From positions 17,548,001-17,612,000 of the forward strand of contig NC_058368.1 in the NCBI RefSeq assembly GCF_018350175.1: 64,000 nt of DNA, written 5' to 3'. Positions 23,862 to 36,499 of the stretch are shown here, in pieces. Positions within the stretch are counted from its first letter, which is position 1, and every line of letters begins with the position of its first letter. The stretch comes from Felis catus (Eukaryota). The position numbers were made by a program, and so were the translations under genes. The notes below the pieces were generated by a model. The model saw nothing but the letters and a program-made list of their open reading frames with translations. It made no database searches and was not told where the DNA came from.

Positions 23862-25871
23862 CTGCAGGAAGAAGGAAGTTGCTTCTGTGGTGCTTCGGCT
23901 CTCAGTTTAGCCATCGTCTCAAGAATAGATGATCAATGTGCCATTTTCTGTTCCTGTTGTGATTCCCGTAATAAGAGCGGATTCATGTTTTCTAGTTTAC
24001 ATTCTCCTTGTGTTGTCTGCCATGAGGAGAAAGGGTGATTTGTTCTTTTCAAAATAGAACATGAATGTCTATCCACTTTTAATAGGCTTATAAACAGGTG
24101 TATTCCACTTGGTAAATGTTTCCTTCTTTGAGTGACTGCCCATTCTCCCTCATCCTCATTCAAATAGCATGAGGAAAGGAGGGGGCTAGGTGGGTAGGGA
24201 AGGGGCGATGCATCAAATATTAAAAAGCTGAGGTCAAAGCATTACAGTTTATTACCATCATGTTTCACAGAATATATGAACCATTAAAATTCCAATACTG
24301 CACCATATTATTGTGATAAAGGTTGTAATGGGAACGAGGAACGACACCACATGAATCTGTTCTAATAGCACTGGTGATAACACGAGCAAGAAAAAGGCAC
24401 AAACAAAGCCCATTCCTATTATAACATTAAGATGAGAATCTGGTGCCTCTGCTCTGAAACCCAAGACGTAAGCTATATAACAAAATGAGTAAAAGTAACA
24501 TCTGGAGGGGTAACAATGTCATATTATAGTGGACACCTTGGGGGAGGGGGTGATTAATCATTCCCAACCCTACAACATGGTAACCATACCTACCTGGTTT
24601 TGCTCAGTTTTAAATATGCCTCTTCCAGTGCTTGTCTTCATGACCACCAGTAGTAAGAACGATGATGTGTATATGTTAGCTGTTAAGTCACAAGCCCGAT
24701 TCTGCATTCATTAGTGGTGAAAGCTTTGTATTCCTTATCTTTTCTGCATTTCAGTTTCCTGATATGTAAAACCAGAGAAAGAACATACCTATGTCAAAGG
24801 GTGGCTGTGAGATTAAATATAGAGCATGAAACATAGCACTCAAAAAATCAGCGGTTACCATCAGTAATAGCAGTCACAGTGTGATATGAGAGATGTTTTT
24901 ACCACCTGCCCTGCTCCGCAGGCAATTTCTAGATAGTTTTGTATAGTTCCACCTCACTCAAAGGCAAGGTTTACCCTTCACACCGACATAATCCAATGAG
25001 GTGTCCTGTTCTCCTAGCCTCATCTGAGAAGATGGAGTTTATAAGCATCTGGCACATCTGTCATGGATTGTCCACATGAGATGGATCACATGGGCTACTG
25101 GGCAAGTTTTCCGGCCTCAGTTAAGGATAATTCCAAAAAAGGCGATGGAGAATCAGCATGCTAATCCTTGGAGCTTGGCGGTCTTAAGTGGGCAACAAGA
25201 CCACCATATTGCCCCAGCTTGCACTTGCTCCTGTAATGTTGCTGGTGAGGGGGCTTCCAGTCCCAGCTTGCCCTCCTGAATGCATGGCATCTCTTTCCTT
25301 TACACTTCTTTCTTCAAGCCACTGTGGAAGTCATTTAGCTTCTTGGTATGAGAAAAGATCACTATTCAAGTAAACAACATTATACTTCTTTCCTTTAGGT
25401 CACAAAGTTGTTCAGTTATTTGCTTGATTTTTCCCCTATTTTTTCTTCTGTTTGTACCTTATGTGTTTAGTTCTCTTCTACTGACTTGAACAGATTAGGA
25501 GGAATGGAAAATTTTTAGTGGTCTCAGAGATGTGGAAATCATATTTGTATTAATACTTCAAATATGATCCCACTTTACAAGGGGATAAAGATTTATACCT
25601 TCAATTCAAGTCACAAAACAAATAGCATCATCTTCTTTAGCAGATATTTGGTATTTCAAAAGTTAATAACTCCTTATAATAGGATTTTAAAAGAACTTTT
25701 CACCCTAATCATGAGAGTAATATATGTCCGTTGTTTTCTCAGTTTGAATACCCCCAAAAGCTGACCTTGATGCAAATTGGGATGCAGTTATTAATATGGG
25801 AAGTGGAAATGATCCTGTGGGAGTAGGGGAAGTAAGCCAAGGAAGGGAGGGAAACCAAAAATGAGTGTGCT

Positions 25872-27291
25872 ACATAGATCAATGGAATAGAATAGAGAAC
25901 CCAGAATTGAACCCACAAGTGTATGGCCAACTAATATTTGAAAAAGCAGGAAAGAGCATCCAATGGAATAAGACAGTCTCTTTAGCAAATGGTGCTGGGA
26001 GAACAGGACAGCAACACGCAGAAGAATGAAACTAGACCGCTTTCTTACACCATACTCAAAAATAAACTCAAAATGTATGAAAGACCTAAATGTGAGACAG
26101 GAAACCATCAAAACCTTTGAGGGGAAAACAGGCAACAACCTCTTTGACCTCAGCAGCAGAAATTTCTTGCTTGACACATCTCTGAAGGGAAGGGAAATAA
26201 AAGCAAAAATTAACTATTGGGATCTCATCAAGATAAAAAGCTTCTGCACTGCAAAGGAAACAACCAACAAAACTAAAAGGCAACCGATGGAATGGGAAAA
26301 GATATTTGCAAATGACATATCAGATAAAGGGTTAGTATCCAAAATCAGTAAAGAACTTACCAGACTCAACACCCAAAAAACAAATAATCCAGTGAAGAAA
26401 TGGGCCGAAGACCTGAATAGACACTTCTCCAAAGAAGACATCCAGTTGGCTAACAGACACATGAAAAGATGTTTAACACCACTCATCATCAGGAAATACA
26501 AATCAGAACCACACTGAGATGCCACCTCATGTCAGTCAAAGTGGCTAAAATTAACTCAGGAAACAACAGATGCTGGCGAGGATGTGGAGAAACAGGGACC
26601 CTCTTGTCATGTTGGTGTGAATATGAACTGATGCAGCCACTCTGGAAAACAGTGTGGAGGTTCCTCAAAGAACTAAAAATAGAACGACCTTATGAGCCAG
26701 CAATAACACTACTAGGAATTTACCCAAGGGATACAGGAGTGCTGATACATAGGGGAACACGTATCCCAATGTTTATAGCAACACTTTCAACAATAGCCAA
26801 ATTATGTAAAGAGCCCAAAAGTCCATCAACTGATGAATGGATCAAGAAGATGTTGTTTATATATACAATGGAATACTACTTGGCAATGAGAAAAAATGAA
26901 ATCCTGCCATTTGCAACAATGTGGATAAAACTGGAGGGTATTACACTAAGTGAAGTAAGTCAGTCAGAGAAAGACAGATATCATATGTTTCCACTGACAT
27001 GTGGAACTTGAGAAACTTAAGACTGTGGGGGAAGGGAAGGGAAAAAATAGTTTCAAACAGAGAGGGAGGCAAACTATAAGAAATTCTTAAATACAGAGAA
27101 CAAACTGAGGGTTGGGGGGCAGGGAGGTGATGGGCATTGAGGAGGGTGCTTGTTGGGATGAGCACTGGGTGTTGTATGTCAGCGATGAATCATGGGAATC
27201 TACCTCCAAAACCAAGAACACACTATATACACTGTTAGCCAACTTGACAATAAATTATATTAAAAAAAAATTCATGGCGAGCAAAAACAAA
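25872..27291 (+). mobile_element. 5'-truncated carnivore L1 (ORF2 C-terminus, 3'UTR, poly-A), ORF disrupted
   Basis: ORF track 26026-27011 gives L1 ORF2 C-terminal peptides ([42 protein letters not shown]); 16-bp TSD AAAAATGAGTGTGCTA at 25857-25872 and 27292-27307. Confidence 0.97.
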
Positions 27292-27589
27292 AAAAATGAG
27301 TGTGCTAATCAAGCTGAAACCTTTCTAGGCATTTTGTACAGAAAGAGATTTAAACGTGGAAAATGGGTGCTTACAAATTATTGGAAGCATGCAAAGAGTA
27401 AGCTCTGGGCTGGGCCTCCAGGAACAATTCCCAGAATATCATCACTGAACTAGCCCACAGGTGGAGCTGCGACTTCTACCCCAGTCAAGAAGATGGGAAA
27501 TTTGGAAGGTACCACTAGAACCTCAGAAACAGACCTTCCTAGCAGCAATCCAGGGGTCTCTGTCAGTAGAAGTGCATCATGGTACAATC

Positions 27590-29220
27590 CACATAGGGGA
27601 ATCTGGCATATTTAACAACAACTAAGTATGCATTTCATCTGCTCAGCAATTCTGCTTCCAAGAATTTATTCTACAAATGCACAGGAATGAAAATATGTAT
27701 ACACCAGGTTTTGCACCATGGCATTATCTGAAAATAACTGCATCTCCAGCAAGAGGACTGGTTTAGTAAACAATCCACAGAATAAGACACAGTGCACCAG
27801 TTAAAAAAAAAAAAAAATGAGAGCATTCTCAACACAGTGATTTTGGAAATCTCCAGGATATATTTTAAAAGAAAAAAAAAGTATGGCATTTAAGCAAAGT
27901 ACAAGATGTGTGTATTTAGTTGTGCCTGAAAGCAAGACAATACCCAAAGACTAATGGAAACAGGTGAAATGAATATAGGATCAGGCCAACAGTAAAACAT
28001 CAAAGTTTTGAGCATCAAAAAGGATAATGATAGTAATGGTAAGGATAAAAAAGACCATTAGGATTAAAATGATACTAGGGGCGCCTGGGTGGCGCAGTCG
28101 GTTAAACGTCCGACTTCAGCCAGGTCACGATCTCGTGGTCCGTGAGTTCGAGCCCTGCGTCGGGCTCTGGGCTGATGGCTCAGAGCCTGGAGCCTGTTTC
28201 CGATTCTGTGTCTCCCTCTCTCTCTGCCCCTCCCCCATTCATGCTCTGTCTCTCTCTGTCCCAAAAATAAATAAACGTTGAAAAAAAATTTTTTTAGAAG
28301 ATTAAAATGATACTAAATTAACAAGTATGTATATAAGCGGAAGAAGCCCTTACTAAGAAGTTCAGTTAATAAATATAGAAGGAATGATAGAATTAGAACT
28401 CTACCATTTTGCAATCCCAATGCAACAATTGATTCAGACAAGGATTATCAATGGATAGTAAGAAGTATTGGGTGAAAGGTTGTGGGAAATAGGGTATTCG
28501 CACAGCCTGGAGAGAAAAGTTTTTTTCATAACAGAGACCTTTGGTGAACAAATCTCAACAAAGTAATAAAAGGGAATATTGTCAATAAAGGAACATGCTG
28601 AAATTCAGTGCCTCCTGGTGCAACGCAGTGGCAGGAACATAATATCACCTATGTGGTGGCCGTACGAGGAGAGTTTGTCCAAATATACAAGAACACGTGC
28701 AGAAAAATCCAGAGTGTGAGATGGTCTATAAAAGAAATGGCGTGTCTTCAAAAATGTTAATATCACGAAAGATTAAAAAAAAAAGTCACGAGAAATTTTT
28801 CCAGATAAAGGGACATTAACGAGGCATGAAAATTAAATGCAATTTTTAATTTCCCAAACCAGAAAAAAGTAAACAGTTGTAAAAGTAAACAGTTGACACG
28901 CTTGGCACAACGAGGGAAGCCTGAGTATGGATTGTATATTAGATGTTATTGACTCAATATTACTTTTGCAATATTTACTTTTGTAAAGATGGTATTTTGG
29001 TTACTTAGAAGTTACACACTGAAGTATATAGGGACGATGTGTCATGATAGATCCACTTACTTTCAAATGGTTCAGCAAAACAACAGCAAATAGGTGAATA
29101 GAGAAGAAAACATAAAGTGGCAAATGTTAAAAATTGGAAAATCTAGGTGAAGCATATATTAGTGTTCATTGTGATATTCCTTTTGATTTTCTCCATTGTT
29201 TTGAAATTCTGCAAAATAAC
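27590..29220 (+). mobile_element. Old L1ME-like fragments, interrupted by a SINE
   Basis: CAGCAATTCTGCTTCCAAGAATTTAT; AATTAAATGCAAT...GAGTATGGATTGTATATTAGATG...CACTGAAGTATATAGGG...ACTTACTTTCAAATGGTTCAG. Confidence 0.7.
28078..28290 (+). mobile_element. Young felid SINEC_Fc-type SINE
   Basis: Nearly identical to the 13739 copy; TSD GATTAAAATGATACTA. Confidence 0.97.
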
Positions 29221-29254
29221 AGCTGAACAATGTATATTTAAAATCACAACTTGT

Positions 29255-29456
29255 TTTAAAGTTTATTTATTTATTTTGAGGAAGAGAGAGAGAGCATGCG
29301 CAGGGGACGGGCAGAGAAAGAGGGAGTGAGAGAGAGTCCCAAGCAAGCTCTGCACTATCAGCACAAAGCCCGACATGGGGCTCGAACCCAAGAACCATAG
29401 GATCACGACCTGAGCCAAAGCTGGGCGCTCAACCGACTGAGCCACGCAGGTGCCCC
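29255..29456 (-). mobile_element. Can-SINE
   Basis: Reverse SINE ending CAGGTGCCCC. Confidence 0.93.
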
Positions 29457-30809
29457 AAACCATGACTTTTTTTCAAAGTAAATAGGACAGTGGATCTGAA
29501 ATGTTACCTTTGTTGCAAAAATGAAGAGAAACAAAAATACTCATTTGTATAAGCAAACCTTAAAAAGATAAATTTTAAAATCTAATAAAGTGTTTTCAAT
29601 AGGAAGGAGAGAAGAAGGTGGAAACAAGATTCTCAGTGTATAAGTTTTTATATTGTTTTGCTTCTTCATGTAAATATAATATCTATTTTAAAACACAGCA
29701 TTAAATAAAATGCAACAGAACATAGAAGAAATGACATGGGCTCCTGAGTCAGACTTCTTGGAGTCAATCCTGTTCTATGACTTCCCAGCTTACCATTGCT
29801 TTAGGCAAATTGTGGAACTCCCAACGCCTGTTTTCTTCTCTGCAGAGTGAAGACAATAATGATACCTGCCCACTGGAGGATCAAAGTACTCAGACCACGC
29901 CTGGCACTCTTCAGAGTAAGTTTCCAAAGGAAGCAGATCTTCAAACCAGTAGAAAGAATAGAAACTGTCTGGTTTCAACTTTTGGTTCCAATTTTTCTTT
30001 TTTAGAAAAGCTAAATTTGTTTCCCTAGAAGAAAAAAATCTAATATCTTCAGAGTCCCACACCGGCAGGGGCTGCCTCATGGTATGAATTTCCTATGATC
30101 GCGGTGTGATGGAGCTGGACCGGTCAGTCCTTAAATAGCACAAAGTCAACCCAGTTGTTTAACAAAATTCCAGCTGGTGGCAGAGAAAGGCCGAGAATGC
30201 AGGACACATGGCTCTCTTTCCAGTACAATGTGTTATTTGTCAGAGCTGACACTCAGGCTGAGAAGAAATTCATTCAGTCAATAAATATTTTTTGAATGGT
30301 TACATGGGGGGGGGGTGCTTGGATACAGTAATGAACAGAGAAGTCTACCCATGTAGGAGGGGCAGAGAAAAAAAATAAAGACATACATAAAATTTAAATA
30401 CACAATAAAATTTCAGGTAGTGGTGTTATAGAGGAAAGCAAAGCTGAGGAGGGAAATCAAAGGTAACGGGGCCAGGAGGGTTTTGTTATTTTAGGTAAGA
30501 TGAAGGCCTCTTTGAAAAGGTGGCTTTTAAGCAAAAATCTGAAAGAGGGAAGATTCAATGGGAAGGAAGCCTGGGCTACATAGGCAAGTGGGCAAGATGA
30601 TTACTAACTTCCCTTTTGATACTAAATTATGTGAGCTCCTTAGGATACAGGGCCTTATAAAACCCTGACAGCATGATCTACTTCTCAGCAATACCAACAT
30701 TCAGTAAACTGTCCAATCTTTCAATTGTGGTCGTAACTCGGTCCCATCTCTTCTCTAAAATGAATAAAACCCCGGGAACCCATTCATCTCTGAATATGAG
30801 GGACATTAC

Positions 30810-30886
30810 CTGGGAATGGAATACACAATTGAAAGAACTTTCAGAGGACTTCTCGTCATCTCTAAGGCATTGAAAGTGACTCCAGT
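30810..30886 (-). other. Candidate spliced exon (77 nt)
   Basis: Minus strand acceptor TTTTCTGCTTTGCTTACTTACTTTAG| and donor CAG|GTAATG in non-repeat DNA. Confidence 0.3.
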
Positions 30887-30989
30887 CTAAAGTAAGTAAG
30901 CAAAGCAGAAAATCCTCTATGGGAACCATAAATATTCTGTGTGGTGTTCTCTGTAAGCTTGACAATTGGACCATACACAAACACATGAT

Positions 30990-31985
30990 CCAAGAAGAAC
31001 AAATTATAAATTGGATGTCATCAAAAGTAAAAGCTGCTCTTCTAAGGCCCTATTAAGAGAATGAAAAGAGAAGCCACAGGCTGGGAGACACTCTTTCCAC
31101 ATCATACATCTGATAAAGGACTTAATCCACAATACATTAAGAAACCTCAAAACTCAGTAACGAGAAAACAAACAACCCAGTAAAAAAATGGGTCAAAGAT
31201 TTGAACAAATACTTCACCAAGAAAGTATACTGATGGCAGATAAGCACAGGTAGAAAAACTCACTGCTGTTAGTCAATAGGGGAATGCAAATCAAAGCCAC
31301 AATGAAATACCACTACAAACAGATTAGAACGGCTAAAATTGGAACGGCTAACCATGTCAAGTGTGGACAAGACTGCGAAGGAACTGGAATTCTCATACTC
31401 GGTTGGCAAGAATGCAAAATGCTGCAGCCACTTTTAAAAAGCATTTGACAGTTTCATAAAAGGCTAAACACATTCTGATCATATGATCCAGCCTTTCCAT
31501 ATTTAGGTATTTACCCAAGAGAACAAAACCCAACTCAAATGGGTATCAATCAATAGGTGAATAAATGAAAAAACCTATGGCATCTCCGTACAATAGACTA
31601 TTAGCAACAAAGAGGAATAAACTATTCATACATGTTAGAACAGGGATGGACCTCAAAATCATCATGCTTAGTGGAAGAAGCCAGACAAAAAGAATACATA
31701 TAGTATGATCCTATTTACTTAACATTCTAATAAATGAAAACTAATCTGTTGCAACAGAACACAGGTTTGGAGATAGGGTAAGGGCTGGAAGGGTTGGGGA
31801 TGGGAGGAGGGGCATGAGGAAACGTTGGGGGTTGATGGGTATGGTGTGTTCATTACTTTGGGGGTGATTTCACAGGGGTATACACATGTCAAAATTCATC
31901 AGATTTTATACTATAGTATATTCAGTTTATTTTATATCAATAGTACTGCAATAAAGCTATTAAAAATAAAATAAAATTTTAAAAA
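30990..31985 (+). mobile_element. Old L1M (L1MB/MC-like) 3' end
   Basis: AAATTGGATGTCATCAAAAG...GAATGAAAAGAGAAGCCACAGGCTGGGAGA...TCTGATAAAGGACTT...GGTATTTACCCAAGAGAA...CAATAAAGCT followed by an A-tail. Confidence 0.88.
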
Positions 31986-32107
31986 TTCCTGAACAAACTA
32001 ACAAGAAATTCCACCGTCCAAAATTTGGAGTCAATGAGGATTTTTAAAATGCTTAAATTTATTTAGTTTGTATGAGGTCCATGGGGAAGGCCTCCGGGCA
32101 TTTCACT

Positions 32108-32307
32108 GGGGCACCTGGGTGGCTCAGTCGGTTAAGCATCTGACTTTGGCTCAGGTCATGATCTCACAGTTTGTGTGTTTGGGCCCTACATCAGGTTCTC
32201 AGCTGTCATCACAGAGCCCACTTTGGGGTCTGTCCCCCTCTCTGTCTGCCCCTCTCTCGCTTGCTCTCTGCCTCTCTCAAAGTAAATAAATAAACTTTAA
32301 AAAAAAA
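32108..32307 (+). mobile_element. Can-SINE
   Basis: Typical SINE; degenerate TSD GAAGGCCTC(C/T)GG(G/A)CATTT. Confidence 0.93.
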
Positions 32308-33356
32308 GAAGGCCTCTGGACATTTCAAATTATGTATTAACTGGGTAACCCATTGGTTAAGCCTAGTTCTCAAGAGCTCACTGTAAAAGAGGGTAAGCTT
32401 TGATAAAAGGTTAATGGTAAAGTGCTCTGGGGCTGGAGGAAAGAAGGTCTGAGAGTAAGTAAATCATGACTTTCATTTACAAAGCGGATGGCCTTGGTCA
32501 AGTTGCTCAACCGCTCCGAGTGTCAGCTTGCCTATCTGTCATGGAAAAAAATAATAACTCGTGAGATTATTAAGAGAATAACTGAGAGAAAGTGAGAGAA
32601 AAATCACCTGACAACAAAAAGGCTTTTGCTGTCGAAATTCTGTTGTTACACAGAAGTGAATCACCCCAAGGGTAGTCAAGAGGAACCACAACTCTCCTGG
32701 TCAAATTAACCATCCACACCCACTCACTCCGATGCTGATTCATTTGTTCAGCAGCAACCACTGCTTCCAGAAATGCACATGTGACCAGTCCCCTCTGAAG
32801 ACATGAGAGAGATCCTAGCATCTTCACATTCCATTTGTTCACGAAGTCTTCCTTGATGTTAAGTTCTGCCCACTCCCCTTTTTTTTAACTTCTGGGCTTC
32901 TTTCAAGATGGCACCATGCATCTCAGCTTTCAGACTTTGGACTGGCTTACCACCTGTCGTTGGACAGCTGTACAAAAATGCTTTGTGATCTCAAGGGGGT
33001 CCACCATGTTTGCTCTCCACTTGGGTTATTTGTCATACTCGCTTTTAGTCCCTCCAACAGATGGTTAATTTGGCTCCAGAACCTACCATCTCAGTAATTC
33101 ACAGTCATTCACAAACACAAGTTTCCACCTGACAACCACTGCAGCACATAAGACTGGTTTATCTTTAAAGCTACTGTGGAGATAAATGATAAAATATGAG
33201 GCAAACCTCTCAGTAATAAAGGAAAACTAGTGTCAATGGACTAATAGTAGTGGATAAACAGCATCATAATCGTATTTCAATTATGTCCAGGAATATATAC
33301 TCTCCTCTTGAGGCTTGCCTCCTTTTCTTATTTTCCCAATTTCGGATCATTTAGTA

Positions 33357-33536
33357 CAGGGGTTGGCAAACTTTTTTGGCAAAGAGCCAAGTAGTAAATT
33401 TTTAGCTTTGCCAGCCAAGAGACAAAATGAAAGACATTGTAAAGATACTTATGTAACCATTTTAAATAAAACCATTAAAAAATGTAAAAGCCATTTTTAG
33501 ACTGTGGGAAAGAAAAAAGAAAGAAAGAAAGAAAGT

Positions 33537-33580
<44 letters not shown>

Positions 33581-33920
33581 AAAAAGAATAGAAGGAAGGA
33601 AGGGTGCCTGGGTGGCTCAGTCAGTTAAGCATTTTACTCTTGATTTTGGCTCAGGTCATGATATTATGGTTCATGGGTTCGAGCCCTACATCAGGCTCTA
33701 CTCTGACAGCACATAGCCTGCTTGGGATTCTCTCTCTCCCTGTGTCTCTGCCCGTTCCTTGCTAGCTCTCTCCCTCTCAAAACAAAAATAAACTTAAAAA
33801 ACGTAAGAAAGAAAGAGTGGGATGGAGGGATAAAGAAAGAGAAAACAAGAAAGAAGGAAAACAGGAAGAAAGGATAGGCAGTGGGCTGAAATTGACCCAG
33901 GAGCAATAGCTGGCCAATTT
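33357..33920 (+). mobile_element. MER58-like hAT DNA transposon split by a (GAAA)n microsatellite and a Can-SINE (33601-33800)
   Basis: CAGGGGTTGGCAAACTTTTT...AAAGAGCCAAGTAGTAAAT...AAAATGTAAAAGCCATT; resumes as AGGCAGTGGGCTGAAATTGACCC...ATAGCTGGCCAA. Confidence 0.8.
33510..33590. repeat. (GAAA)n microsatellite
   Basis: Direct reading. Confidence 0.95.
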
Positions 33921-34923
33921 GTTTTAGTTGCATGTGATTTAGCTTCAGTAATTTAACACTCATGGAATCCAACTTCAGAGCTTTTTCCAAATTAATTAGA
34001 ACATGATGACCTTTGTTATATTCTGGTAAATTATTTTAGGACATGAAGGGGTTATGCCTCACACAGATCTCACTGAACTTATTCCAGTGGGATTACTGGG
34101 AATTTGGACTCCTTCCACTGTTTCTCTTTGAAATGTTTACTACTTCAATATTTTTGGGCTTCTTCCATAACCTATTTAACAGAAAACACATTTTCATCAG
34201 TGCTTTTAGTCTTTTCCATACTGGCATGCTTTGGATCTTAAAAAGAACTCTGTTGGACTAATTAATGGCTTTGCAAGCCGTCAGAAATCAGCATGGCTTG
34301 TTTGCCATCACTATTGGTGGATGCTGGCCGAGATGATTAGAATTCTCTTAACATAGTATTTTTATGGGAGCAAATACTTCCTTTGAGAAATGCCAAACTT
34401 TTCTGGGGAGATAAACTTTCACAAGGCACCATAGACCTTTTGTCCCCCAGTATTTAAAGTGAGCGAGATTTCACTCAAGATAAGTTCATGTCCACTCTTT
34501 TTCCACATCTGGATCTCAGCTCCAGCAGAAATGGCAATAGCCTGCAGAAGTCTAGGTAGGGATAGGACATGCTCCCACAGATATGTCACACTGTTTCCAC
34601 CCTTTGAAGGTGTGGCCTCAGCTCCCATTCCTCATGCTCAGTAGATGACCTCCCCTCATCCTGAAGAATTGAGAACAAACAGCATCCGCTGAGCATCGCC
34701 ACATCGCCAACTCAAAACGTATTGGCACCTTCACTTGTCTTTTCTTGCTTTGTCCTTCCCTTGGAAGAAAACATGTTCTTTTCCTTTACACACCTACCTT
34801 CTCAGCTGCTCTTTGCTATCCTACACTGCCCCTCACTTCACAATATCATGCTGTTCCTCATCTACTTGCTGCATTTTCCTTTTCTTCCTTCCCACCACTC
34901 CTCCTTGGCCTTAAGTATATGTC

Positions 34924-35117
34924 GGGGCCCCTGGGTCACTCGGTCAGTTAAGCTTGTGACTCTTAATTATGGCTCAGGTCATGATCTCACGGTTCGTGGG
35001 ACCAAGCCTGGCACCAAGCTCCCTGCTGAGAGTGTGGAACCTGCTGAGAGTGTAGGCCCCTCCTCTGTTTGTGTACTCTCTCTCTCTCAAAAATAAAACA
35101 AGTAAACATTAAAAAAA
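34924..35117 (+). mobile_element. Can-SINE (diverged, with a small internal duplication)
   Basis: GGCTCAGGTCATGATCTCACGG core; CTGCTGAGAGTGT repeated. Confidence 0.88.
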
Positions 35118-35444
35118 GTATACACATCTGTCTCCCATCATTAAAAATAATAACTCTTCCAGTCCGAATGCTGCCTCAAGCCACCAGACTTCCTTGCCTT
35201 CTTTTTACTACCAAGCTTCTATTTTAAACCAAGCAAGCAGTTCTCACTCCCTCCACTTCCTCATTATCCACTCACTCCTTGAAACTTATCATCTTCCTAT
35301 CCTGATGAAACTACTCTCTTAAAGACCACATGTAATTTACCAACTTAAAAATTCCAGTGGCTTCCCCCCACCCCTGACACACATACTCATACTTACTTTT
35401 CAATTTCTGCAAACTAAAGACATCTTCCAAAAATCTATTTAAAA

Positions 35445-35906
35445 ATTTTTAATGTTTATTTATTTTGAGAGAGAGAGAGTGAGAACAGGAGAGGGACAGA
35501 GAGAGAGAGAGGGAGAGAGAGAGAATCTCAAGCAGGCTCCACACTGACAGTACAGGGCCCAATGCAGAGCTCAGTCTCAAGAACCGCTCAAGAACCATGA
35601 GATCATGACCTGAGCCAAAACCAAGAGTCAGACGTTTAACTGACTGAGCCAGCCAGGTGTCCCTAAAATCTATTTTAAACAAAATGTTTGGGAGCGCCTG
35701 GGTGGCTCAGTAGGTTAAGCATCAGGACTTTTGCTTTAGGCCCAGATCATGAGCTCTATGTTCCTGAAATCAACCCCTGAGTTGGGCTCTGGGTTGACAG
35801 CACAGAGCCTGCTTGAGATTCTATCTCTTCCTCTCTCTCTGCCCCTTACCTGCTCTCTCTCACACACACACTTTCTCTCTTTCAAAATAAATAAACTTAA
35901 AAAAAA
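35445..35906. mobile_element. Head-to-head pair of Can-SINEs (35445-35663 on -, 35689-35906 on +)
   Basis: Reverse SINE ends CAGGTGTCCC; 25 nt later a forward SINE starts GGGAGCGCCTGGGTGGCTCAG. Confidence 0.92.
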
Positions 35907-36452
35907 TAAACTAAACATTTTGAAGGAGTCTCTACTGACTGTTGAATTTAGCCCAACCCCAGATGGTTAGTACTTAAGGACCTCCATCTAATCACAAATA
36001 GTTTTCTCTAACTTTGCATGCACTTTATCTTCTAAACAATTTGGTCTGTCCAACTATTGTTCCTCGAGCACATCCAATGTCTTCTAGCTTAGCATCTCTT
36101 AAGCATCTGGCTGACGGTTCTATTGAGAAAGACCATACCCACCAATCATAAAGCCTTCTATAATCTCAACAGAATGTCACTTGAATGTAATTAATTTTTT
36201 TGAGGAGTTTTAAAACTACAGGAAAATACTCAGTTAAGGAGAACAATTCCAAGTACCCACCACTGAGAATTAACCTACTTATTTGTTTTCATTTTTAATT
36301 CAAATTTTAAGTGAAAAGGATTGAAACATTACGATAGGGTTAAAGTTTGTTCTCTTACCCAGCTCTGCCCCTCCAGAAGCCAGATCACAAATTTGGTAAA
36401 TGTTTTCCTGGTCCATGCATTTAAATCTCTGATGCACATTTATATATATTTA

Positions 36453-36498
<46 letters not shown>
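36453..36498. repeat. (TATC)n microsatellite
   Basis: Direct reading. Confidence 0.95.

Positions 36499-36499
<1 letters not shown>

Noticed and set aside
24258..24464. Hydrophobic, TM-like ORF suggesting a GPCR pseudogene
   Set aside because: No GPCR motifs (DRY, NPxxY) and neighbouring frames do not continue; T-rich codons explain the hydrophobicity.
26026..27011. 163-aa and 180-aa ORFs as a functional gene
   Set aside because: They are the frameshifted L1 ORF2 C-terminus of a 5'-truncated copy.
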